DNA of 16,776 nucleotides from an uncultured Clostridia bacterium (GCA_937886445.1 CALGBY010000058.1:1-16776), one strand, 5' to 3'; shown: positions 8,565-15,635, counted from the first letter of the stretch. A program made the numbers and translations. The notes: generated by a model not told the origin, from the letters alone.

Positions 8565-8600
8565 AAAAAAAGGACCGGTACGCCATTTGGCACCGGTCCC
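8565..8600 (-). terminator. Rho-independent terminator of the GH13-tsaC transcript
   Basis: Stem GGACCGGT (8572-8579) / ACCGGTCC (8592-8599). On the minus strand it is followed by a T7 run (A run at 8565-8571 on the plus strand). Confidence 0.65.
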
Positions 8601-8838
8601 CTGTGCGCAAAAACTGATTGAAACATGCCGTTTCAAAACATCCGTCCGGCTGCTTCTTCGCGTTTTTTGTACTCACACGCGCTTTACATACGATGCCGCG
8701 GGCTTTTCTCGCGCTCTATGTTTATGATCCGCCCTCCGGTAATGAGCTTTACAGCTCATAGTTTATAACTTTCAGTCCGTCGGATAATCCGCCTGAAGAG
8801 GCACCGATGGGCTGTTTGAAAATGATCCGTATACATTT

Positions 8839-9855
8839 TCAAACTTCTCTTAAATCAAAGGCAGCAGCCCTCGCCATGCGGTTCATCACGGCCAGCGCCT
8901 CTCCCTTTACCGCCCAGCCCTCGGTAAGGATGCGGGTATAGCCCTCCTCATCCATCTCCCTCAGCAGAGCAAACAGCAGACGGGCGCTGTCCATCGCGTC
9001 CTTTCCCACGCTCTTCGCGTTCATCCCCTCATAAGATGCCAGATGATCCTCATGGCAGAGGACGCAGGTGTTTTCCTCGAGCGGATATTCCTTCAGCACC
9101 GCGCGGCGCACATTCTCCGCCTCTCCCAGAAACACGGTCATGCGCCCTTTCGGGGCATAGTGGCGGTGCTTCATGCCGGGGCTGGGGGCTTTTTCATTTT
9201 CCCGCAGCGGGCGCATCACGCTGTCCGCCACGCTGCAGCCGCCGCACACGGCGGCCACCATCTCCTGTGTGACCGCGCCGGGGCGGAAGATCACGGGCTC
9301 GGGGCCGGATACATCCAGCACCGTGCTTTCCACGCCCACCCGGCAGGCCCCGCCGTCAATGATCAGCGGGATGCGCCCGTTCATATCCTCAAACACATGC
9401 TGCGCGGTCGTAGGGCTGGGGCGGCCGCTCAGGTTGGCGCTGGGCGCGGCGATGGGCGTGCCCGCGGCGGCGATCAGCGCGAGCGCGGCGGCATGGTCGG
9501 GCATGCGTATCCCCACGGTATCAAGGCCCGCCGTGGTCACATCCGGCACGGAGGAGGTTTTCGGCAGAAGCATGGTGAGCGGTCCGGGCCAGAACGCGGC
9601 GGCCAGCTTTTTCGCGTTCCCGTTGATCTCACACAGGCCGTCCAGCATATCTAATGAAGAAATGTGTACGATGAGCGGGTTGTCCTGCGGACGGCCCTTG
9701 GCGATAAAAATGCGTTTTACGGCTTCGGCGTTCAGCGCGTCCGCGCCCAGGCCGTACACCGTTTCGGTGGGAAAGGCCACCAGTTCCCCTTTCCGGATCA
9801 GCTCACCCGCCTCGCGGATGCTCTCCTCTCCGGGCAGAACGATGCGTGTATCCAT
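8839..9855 (-). CDS. tsaC: L-threonylcarbamoyladenylate synthase (Sua5/YwlC-type TsaC, with C-terminal Sua5 domain)
   Basis: 338 aa. N-terminal YrdC signature (VAFPTETVYGLGADALNAEAVKRIFIAKGRPQDNPLIVHI) followed by a long C-terminal extension typical of Sua5. 21-nt gap after the GH13 gene. Confidence 0.9.
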   Translation of the reverse strand: MDTRIVLPGEESIREAGELIRKGELVAFPTETVYGLGADALNAEAVKRIFIAKGRPQDNPLIVHISSLDMLDGLCEINGNAKKLAAAFWPGPLTMLLPKTSSVPDVTTAGLDTVGIRMPDHAAALALIAAAGTPIAAPSANLSGRPSPTTAQHVFEDMNGRIPLIIDGGACRVGVESTVLDVSGPEPVIFRPGAVTQEMVAAVCGGCSVADSVMRPLRENEKAPSPGMKHRHYAPKGRMTVFLGEAENVRRAVLKEYPLEENTCVLCHEDHLASYEGMNAKSVGKDAMDSARLLFALLREMDEEGYTRILTEGWAVKGEALAVMNRMARAAAFDLREV

Positions 9856-9876
9856 GTATATGATTGCCTCTTTTCA

Positions 9877-11652
9877 TCATTTCGCGTCGCGGCGGTTGAA
9901 CACCATTTCAATCTCTCCAGAGCTCTGTTCCTCGCCGAACACATCTTTTCCGTCGCGGATGAAGCGGCGGATGATCAGCGTATCGTCATCCGGCGCCTCC
10001 GCCTCCACATCGCCGGTCTTCAGCAGCGGCGAGGCAAGGCGTTCGTTCAGTATCCCGCTCACCTTCCGCAGCATTTCCGTATCTCCGCCCTCCCATTGGT
10101 AGGGAGCGCGGCAGAAGGGATCGGGCGCGCCCTGCATGCCGATCTCATCCCCGTAGTACACGCAGGGGGTGCCCGGCAGCGCGCACAGGATGGACAGCAT
10201 CATCAGGTACCTCGCCTTCCCCAGGCGGTATTCCTCCTCCGTAAGCCTCCTGCCCCTGCGTTCCTCCGGCTCCAGTTCCTCAAAGGTGCGCCCCGCCAGA
10301 TAGTTGACAGCCCGCGCCCGGTCATGGCTGCCGGCCAGATTCATCAGGGAATAGTAGAAGGGCTTCGGATAATTTTCCTTCTGGCTCTGTATGATCCTGC
10401 ACAGGGTAAAGGCGCTGGAGCGGAAGGTGAGAAAATTCATCACCGCCTCGCGCAGCGGGTAGTTCATCACGCTGTCCAGCGTATCGCCGGTGCAGTAGCA
10501 GCGCATTTCCCCATACGCCACCTTGTGGCTGGCGTCCTCCCACACCTCGCCCAGCACAAGGCTGTCGGGCTTTTCGCGCTTCGCGGCGCGCCGCAGGGCA
10601 CGCAGAAAATCCATAGGCAGCTCATCCGCCACATCCAGCCGCCATCCGGAGGTACCGCGTCTCAGCCACCTTCTCACCACGCCGTCCTTTGAAAACATGA
10701 AGCGGTTGTAGGAGGGGGAGCGCTTGTTGATCTCGGGCAGGCTGGTAAAGCCCCACCAGCAGCGGTATTTATCGGGAAAATGTTCAAAGGTGTACCAGCT
10801 GTAATAGGGACTTTTCTCCCCCGTGCAGGCGCCGCGCCGGTGATAGCGGTCATACCGGTCGAAATACACGCTGTCATCGCCCGTATGGCTGAACACGCCG
10901 TCCAGGATCACGCGCATGCCCAGCGCCTCCGCCGCGCGGCAAAGCTCCGTCAGGTCCTCCTCCGTTCCCAGCAGCGGGTCCACCTTCGTGTAATCCGCCG
11001 TATCATAGCGGTGATTGGAACGGGCCATGAAGATCGGGTTCAGGTACACCACCGTGATGCCCAGCTTTTTCAGATAGGGCAGCTTTTCTTCGATCCCCTT
11101 CAGGTTACCGCCGAAAAAGTCCAGCTCCGGCGTCCTCTTGCCGTCCGGCCCCGTGATGAACACGGGCTCCTCATCCCAGACCTCGTGCAGATACGCGTTT
11201 TTCCTGCCCTCCGGCAGCGCGCGGGGCGCGGGGGAAGCGTAAAAGCGGTCGGGAAAGATCTGGTACATCGTGCCCTCGCGCATGAAGGCGGGTACGGTAT
11301 ACCCTTTTTCATACACGGTGATCTGATAGCCGCGGGGCTGCCACCGGCTCATTTCCCCCGTGCCGCCCAGCATGGCGGCGTTGTTGCCGTAATAGAGCAC
11401 ATCGCCCTCATTGTTTTCGGCCCGGAAATCATACCAGCACAGCATGGGCACATCGGGCATGGTCAATGTATATTCAAACAGCTCCTCGGCGATCATATCC
11501 ATCGGATAGAAGAACTCGCTGCCGTTATAAAAGCGCAGAAACACCCTGTCCGCGCCGATCGCCCGGATCCGTATAGCCACGGAAGCCGTACATTCCAGCG
11601 CCCCGCCGGGGTTGCGGAAACGGATGTCAAAGGAATCGTGATACAGATGCAT
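9877..11652 (-). CDS. GH13 alpha-amylase-family enzyme, neopullulanase/cyclomaltodextrinase-like, cytoplasmic
   Basis: 591 aa with no signal peptide. GH13 conserved regions are present: DGVFSH (I), GWRLDVADE (II), GEVWED (III), LAGSHD (IV). The N-terminal domain before the barrel resembles that of neopullulanases. Confidence 0.9.
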   Translation of the reverse strand: MHLYHDSFDIRFRNPGGALECTASVAIRIRAIGADRVFLRFYNGSEFFYPMDMIAEELFEYTLTMPDVPMLCWYDFRAENNEGDVLYYGNNAAMLGGTGEMSRWQPRGYQITVYEKGYTVPAFMREGTMYQIFPDRFYASPAPRALPEGRKNAYLHEVWDEEPVFITGPDGKRTPELDFFGGNLKGIEEKLPYLKKLGITVVYLNPIFMARSNHRYDTADYTKVDPLLGTEEDLTELCRAAEALGMRVILDGVFSHTGDDSVYFDRYDRYHRRGACTGEKSPYYSWYTFEHFPDKYRCWWGFTSLPEINKRSPSYNRFMFSKDGVVRRWLRRGTSGWRLDVADELPMDFLRALRRAAKREKPDSLVLGEVWEDASHKVAYGEMRCYCTGDTLDSVMNYPLREAVMNFLTFRSSAFTLCRIIQSQKENYPKPFYYSLMNLAGSHDRARAVNYLAGRTFEELEPEERRGRRLTEEEYRLGKARYLMMLSILCALPGTPCVYYGDEIGMQGAPDPFCRAPYQWEGGDTEMLRKVSGILNERLASPLLKTGDVEAEAPDDDTLIIRRFIRDGKDVFGEEQSSGEIEMVFNRRDAK

Positions 11653-11684
11653 AAAGCGTACGCTCCGAAAAAAGTTTACAATTT

Positions 11685-11713
11685 ATTATACTCTCAGTCT
11701 CCCCCGCAGGCAA
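11685..11713 (-). promoter_or_regulatory. Candidate promoter for GH13-tsaC (TTGCCT-17-TATAAT)
   Basis: Minus strand: TTGCCT (rc of 11708-11713), a 17-nt spacer, TATAAT (rc of 11685-11690), about 33 nt upstream of the GH13 ATG. Confidence 0.45.
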
Positions 11714-11857
11714 GCAATGCTTTTTCGGAAGTTTCATGGAAAACAACGCAAAAAGAGGCCCGAAAACGGCAAAAACGGCTGCCGACATGTTCCGAAGGCA
11801 GCGGCGGCGCGTTTTCGGGCTCATTCGCGCACCGTATCCCGATTTCATGCCGCGCTA

Positions 11858-11886
11858 TGGTCAGAAGCGGATTTGTATGCTATAAT
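11858..11886 (+). promoter_or_regulatory. Candidate extended -10 promoter for the paralogue operon (TGcTATAAT)
   Basis: Perfect TATAAT at 11881-11886 with TGC at 11878-11880. Weak -35 TGGTCA at 11858-11863 (17-nt spacer). About 55 nt upstream of the first paralogue. Confidence 0.5.
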
Positions 11887-11941
11887 AGAGCGTAAGATGT
11901 TTCCGGCAAGCACTGCTTCCGGCTTATACAGGAGGACCGTC

Positions 11942-12601
11942 ATGAAAAAGTACCTTTGTCTGCTCGCCGTAATAGGGCTGCTGCTGCCCTCCGCGTGCTT
12001 CGCCCTGCAATTGAAAATGCCCGAAATGAGCGAGAAAAACAGTTATTCCTACGAAAACCCCGTGCTGGGCTATTCACTGCGCGTGCCGAAGGCGCTTGTT
12101 TCCCTGCCGGACAGCGATCTTGCGGAAATACTTGACAACGCGCACAGCAGAGCCGGGTTCGGCGAGGACGATTATCTGTACGATGTACGCATATGGGGCA
12201 TGGCCGCCTCCGCCTCCGATACACTGGTGCTTGAGGTCCAGCTGAAAAAGTGCACTCATACCGATTTTGAAACAGAGGTGGCAAACGCGCCCAACTACAG
12301 TGAAAGGCAGGAGGCGCAGCAGGCCGAACAGGGAAACGATGTAAGCATCACCATGCTGCACGACGGCATGCTGCGCGAGACCCCGGCGGGCACCATGCTG
12401 GAAATGGCCTGCGTATGGCACTATACGGACGCAGACGGCACCCCCCGCGATACCATGCATGTGTATTATGATTACTACTGCAACAGCATCGAATACTGCT
12501 TCGTTCTGGAAGCGCCCGAACGCCTTGTGACCCTTGAAGGCATGCAGAAACTGCTCGCAGACATCATGGAAACCGTAAGGATCGAAAATGTGATAGAATA
12601 A
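11942..12601 (+). CDS. Secreted protein of unknown function, paralogue 1 of 3
   Basis: Start moved to the ATG at 11942 (MKKYLCLLAVIGLLLPSACFA/LQL), preceded by AGGAGG (11930-11935). It has a signal peptide. Colinear similarity to the next two ORFs (LGYSLRxP, LKKC, LHxGxLRETPxGxMLE, YYDxYxNxIEY, IENVI). Confidence 0.85.
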   Translation: MKKYLCLLAVIGLLLPSACFALQLKMPEMSEKNSYSYENPVLGYSLRVPKALVSLPDSDLAEILDNAHSRAGFGEDDYLYDVRIWGMAASASDTLVLEVQLKKCTHTDFETEVANAPNYSERQEAQQAEQGNDVSITMLHDGMLRETPAGTMLEMACVWHYTDADGTPRDTMHVYYDYYCNSIEYCFVLEAPERLVTLEGMQKLLADIMETVRIENVIE

Positions 12602-12693
12602 ACGGCAGCACCGCGCGGATGAGGCCGTGCTCAGCGTGCCGAAGAGCCGCGCGATACTGCCTGAGGATCAATAAAGAAAGGAAAAGATCAGCC

Positions 12694-13365
12694 ATGAAAA
12701 GAAAAGTGACCGCCGCGCTCTCCGTTCTGCTCACCCTGTGCATGCTCCTTCCGCTGTGCGGACAGGCCCTGCAGGTGCAACTGCCCGAAGTGACGGAAAG
12801 CAATTCCTCGCCCTACGCGGATCCGGTGCTGGGATATTCCTTCCGGATCCCGGACTATCTTACTCCGCTTCCGGAGGAATATGAAAAGCTGCTCCTTGAC
12901 GAGCAGAACAAGGAGAAGGAATTCGGCGATGAAGAGTGGCACTATGATGTGCAGGCCTGGTTTACCCCCGTTTCCTCCGGCGAAATGCTGTTTTTTGAGG
13001 TAACGCTCAAAAAGTGCAGCAATGAAAGCTTTGAAAACGAGGTGGCGCAGGCCCCATACTATGCCGAAAACGCCCGGAAGCAGTTCAGCGAGGCCGGGCG
13101 GGATGCGCATATCACCATGCTGCATGACGGCATCCTGCGCGAGACTCCCGCGGGGCAGATGCTGGAGATCGCGGTCATCCAGGAGGAAACCCTTGAAGAC
13201 GGAACACAGTCCTCTGAGCTGTTCATTTACTACGATTTTTACTGCAACACCATCGAATATATCTTCGCGCTCACCGCGCCGTCCCGGCTGGTATCGTACG
13301 AAAGCATGCAGAAGCTGCTTGACAGCATCGTAAACACCGCCGAGATACAGCATGTGCTTGAATAA
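12694..13365 (+). CDS. Secreted protein of unknown function, paralogue 2 of 3
   Basis: Start at the ATG at 12694 (MKRKVTAALSVLLTLCMLLPLCGQA/LQV). The RBS (GAAAGGAAAAG) is weaker. It shares the motif set of paralogues 1 and 3. Confidence 0.85.
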   Translation: MKRKVTAALSVLLTLCMLLPLCGQALQVQLPEVTESNSSPYADPVLGYSFRIPDYLTPLPEEYEKLLLDEQNKEKEFGDEEWHYDVQAWFTPVSSGEMLFFEVTLKKCSNESFENEVAQAPYYAENARKQFSEAGRDAHITMLHDGILRETPAGQMLEIAVIQEETLEDGTQSSELFIYYDFYCNTIEYIFALTAPSRLVSYESMQKLLDSIVNTAEIQHVLE

Positions 13366-13399
13366 AAACGACATAAACGATCATAAGGAGGAAACACCC

Positions 13400-14089
13400 A
13401 TGAAAAAAACCGTATGCGCGATCCTTTCCCTCATGCTTGCCCTGCTCCCCGCCCTGTGCACCGCGGAGCTGAGCCTGACCATTCCCCATGTAACGGAAGA
13501 AAACTCAACGGAATACAGCGACACCTATCTGGGCTATTCCCTGCGCATCCCCGATTTCCTCGTCAAGGTCAACGACACCTACCTGAGGCAGTATCTTGAA
13601 AGCATGAACGAAGGCAAAACGCCGGACAGCGCGGACTATGTGTACGACAGCCATCTCTGGGGCACGCAGGTCAGCAGCGAAAGCGCGATGATATTTGAAA
13701 TACAGCTCAAAAAGTGCACCAATGAAAGCTTTGAAAAAGAAGTGGAAATGGCTCCCCGCTATGAGGAGATCGAAAACGCCATGCTGGAAGAAACCGGCAG
13801 CAGCACCCGCATAGCGCAGCTGCACAACGGCATCCTGCGCGAGACCCCGATGGGCACCATGCTGGAAATGGCCTATACCGTCAACTATCTGCTTGATGAC
13901 GGTTCCTCCTCGCAGGAGACCCATGTCTATTACGATTTTTACTATAACACCATTGAATATATCTTCCTGCTGGAAGCGCCCACCGAGCTGATCACGGTGG
14001 AAAGCATGCAGCAACTGCTCAGCGAGCTGATGCAGTATGTGCAGATCGAAAATGTGATCTCCGATACCGCCGCCCCCGCCGCCGCGTAA
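13400..14089 (+). CDS. Secreted protein of unknown function, paralogue 3 of 3
   Basis: Start at the ATG at 13400 (MKKTVCAILSLMLALLPALCTA/ELS), preceded by AAGGAGG (13385-13391). Same motif set, plus a short C-terminal DTAAPAAA tail. Confidence 0.85.
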   Translation: MKKTVCAILSLMLALLPALCTAELSLTIPHVTEENSTEYSDTYLGYSLRIPDFLVKVNDTYLRQYLESMNEGKTPDSADYVYDSHLWGTQVSSESAMIFEIQLKKCTNESFEKEVEMAPRYEEIENAMLEETGSSTRIAQLHNGILRETPMGTMLEMAYTVNYLLDDGSSSQETHVYYDFYYNTIEYIFLLEAPTELITVESMQQLLSELMQYVQIENVISDTAAPAAA

Positions 14090-14148
14090 ACAGCGGAATT
14101 ACGGGAAAAACCGGATGATCTGCGAATATGCGGAGGAGCTGACAGGCC

Positions 14149-15171
14149 GTGTGTAAGATAAAAAAAGCTTTGACCGTTCTGCTTGCGATCCTTGTTTTCT
14201 GCAATGTCCTTCCGGCATCCGCGAAAACCCCGAAAAAAAACATATATGCCTACTTCATCAACGGCAGAGAGATCGACCGGCTTGCGGAAGCGCTGCCGGT
14301 CCTGGTCTCATACGGAACGAACGCTGTCATTCTGGACGAATCTGTCTTTCATTACCGTACAGAAGCGCAAACCGCTGCTCTGTGCGCAGAACTCAAAAGT
14401 AAAGGCATCACTCCTTACATCCGGATACAGGTATGGTATAGGGATGATCATTGGATCTCGCCGCTCACCCAGCCCGGCTTTCCGGTATTCCGGCAGGATA
14501 TTGTCGATCAACAAAAAGCCGTCATCACAGACTACCTGAAGCTGGGCTTCTCCGGCATTGTGCTCGATGATGTTCTGTTTCCCGGAACAGCGGAAAAATA
14601 CGGAACGGAAAACGCGTGCAGCGCCATTACGGAAACGGTGAAGCAGCTTAATGAAGCAGCAAAGAGCACAGACCCGGATGCTGTTCTTGCCGTGATGGTC
14701 AAGCCCGACATTGAAGGGCGGAACAGGATTGATTACGGTCAGGATGTTGCGGAAATAAGCAAAAACGCGGATATCGTTATCCCGATGATGTACATCGATA
14801 TTGAGAGATGGTCCGCGAAAGAAATGACCCGGATGATCGGGAAATTCGTTGATACAATACAGCCGGGCACTAAACCGGTCGTCGCCCTCCATACATATAA
14901 CGCGCTCAATAACGACGAACCGCTTTCCTATCAAAAGCTGTTTGATGATGTGAAAAGCGCGGTCCGGGCCGGTTCAAACGGTGTTATGCTGTGGCAGCTG
15001 GGGCTGTCGGAGATCATTGATTTTACAAAGCTTTCTTCCATGCCCGGCACCGGCGATCATGCGCCGCTCGCTCTCCCCGCAGCAGCAGCGCTGCTGTCTT
15101 CCTGTGTGTTCCTTTGGCTTCTCTGCTTTGAACGCAGGCGAAGCCGGAAGGCACGGCAGATCCGTTTTTGA
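14149..15171 (+). CDS. Secreted glycoside-hydrolase-like TIM-barrel protein (GHL10/DUF4015-like by eye) with C-terminal cell-wall sorting signal
   Basis: GTG start 12 nt after GGAGGA (14132-14137). Signal peptide MCKIKKALTVLLAILVFCNVLPASA/K. The motifs GFSGIVLDDVLFPG and ADIVIPMMY resemble GH-like TIM-barrel families. The C-terminus is MPGTG, then about 25 hydrophobic residues, then ERRRSRKARQIRF. No terminator separates it from paralogue 3. Confidence 0.7.
   Translation: MCKIKKALTVLLAILVFCNVLPASAKTPKKNIYAYFINGREIDRLAEALPVLVSYGTNAVILDESVFHYRTEAQTAALCAELKSKGITPYIRIQVWYRDDHWISPLTQPGFPVFRQDIVDQQKAVITDYLKLGFSGIVLDDVLFPGTAEKYGTENACSAITETVKQLNEAAKSTDPDAVLAVMVKPDIEGRNRIDYGQDVAEISKNADIVIPMMYIDIERWSAKEMTRMIGKFVDTIQPGTKPVVALHTYNALNNDEPLSYQKLFDDVKSAVRAGSNGVMLWQLGLSEIIDFTKLSSMPGTGDHAPLALPAAAALLSSCVFLWLLCFERRRSRKARQIRF
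15040..15168 (+). other. Tripartite sortase-type sorting signal (MPGTG / hydrophobic segment / Arg-Lys tail)
   Basis: The last 43 residues are MPGTG-DHAPLALPAAAALLSSCVFLWLLCF-ERRRSRKARQIRF. The architecture equals an LPXTG signal, but the first motif residue is Met. Confidence 0.6.
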
Positions 15172-15182
15172 CCCTGAAAGTT

Positions 15183-15232
15183 TCTCTGAAAAATCTCGGA
15201 AAAATTCTCCGAAAAAAGGGTTCTCGAAAAAA
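15183..15232. repeat. Four tandem imperfect direct repeats TCTCnGAAAAA (phased A-tracts)
   Basis: TCTCTGAAAAA (15183), TCTCGGAAAAA (15194), TCTCCGAAAAAA (15206), TCTCGAAAAAA (15222). Start-to-start periods are 11, 12 and 16 nt. Non-coding, between the GH-like gene and the LysM-peptide promoter. Confidence 0.7.
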
Positions 15233-15245
15233 GTTTTCCGTTTCA

Positions 15246-15285
15246 TTGTACCTCCCCGCGGCTCCCTCGTATGTATATGTGTCCG
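15246..15285 (+). promoter_or_regulatory. Candidate promoter plus shared motif upstream of the GG-LysM peptide gene
   Basis: TTGTAC (15246-15251), an 18-nt spacer, then the TATGTATAT region (15270-15278). The 19-mer TCGTATGTATATGTGTCCG (15267-15285) matches 16 of 19 positions of 16449-16467, upstream of the second GG ORF. Confidence 0.4.
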
Positions 15286-15347
15286 GCACAAAAGCCGGGA
15301 CAAAAAATACGAAAAACTGCCATACAGGCTGAAAAGGAGATACCAAA

Positions 15348-15602
15348 ATGGAAAACGCTGAGAAGATCATCAACATCATCACCGATGACGAACTGGAAAA
15401 TGTGAACGGCGGCAGCATGCCCAAGGAAGACCCCGGCAAAGGCTACAAGTGGTACCAGATCCAGCCCGGCGACAATCTGAGCCGCATCGGAAGCATCTAC
15501 CACATCAGCGTGGACAAGCTGATGGCGATCAATCAGGACCGCCGCGGGATCAAGGACAGGAACCATATCATTGCCGGGTTCTGGATCCGCGTGCCCCGGT
15601 AA
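15348..15602 (+). CDS. Double-glycine-leader peptide with a LysM-domain core (84 aa)
   Basis: AAAAGGAGA RBS 8 nt upstream. The leader MENAEKIINIITDDELENVNGG fits the GG-leader consensus at positions -15, -12, -11, -8, -7, -4, -2 and -1. The core YQIQPGDNLSRIGSIYHISVDKLMAINQ...IIAGFWIRVP reads as LysM. It is followed by a strong terminator. Confidence 0.8.
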   Translation: MENAEKIINIITDDELENVNGGSMPKEDPGKGYKWYQIQPGDNLSRIGSIYHISVDKLMAINQDRRGIKDRNHIIAGFWIRVPR

Positions 15603-15635
15603 ACAAACCCCGTAAGAACACGGAGATTAAAAGAA

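Noticed and set aside
8454-8727. ORFs 8454..8636- and 8515..8727+ in the tsaC/ABC intergenic region.
   Set aside because: They are short and overlap a clear terminator and promoter-like AT-rich sequence. They have no RBS, and their composition is atypical of proteins.
11717-11941. Upstream extensions of the three paralogue ORFs (11717, 12619 and 13352 starts).
   Set aside because: The extensions are basic, non-conserved and run over promoter or intergenic sequence. The internal ATGs are preceded by RBSs and open typical signal peptides that align among the three copies.
11942-13470. Lipoprotein (SPase II) signals on the three paralogues.
   Set aside because: The Cys-proximal residues (PSA-C, LPL-C, PAL-C) break the usual lipobox rule: Leu-like at -3 and Gly/Ala/Ser at -1. 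AxA-type SPase I sites follow 2-3 residues later. The conserved Cys is noted, but a lipoprotein call is not supported.
15183-15232. CRISPR array or coding repeat.
   Set aside because: The units are only 11-16 nt and contiguous without spacers. There are four copies and no cas genes. This is a promoter-upstream A-tract repeat, not CRISPR.
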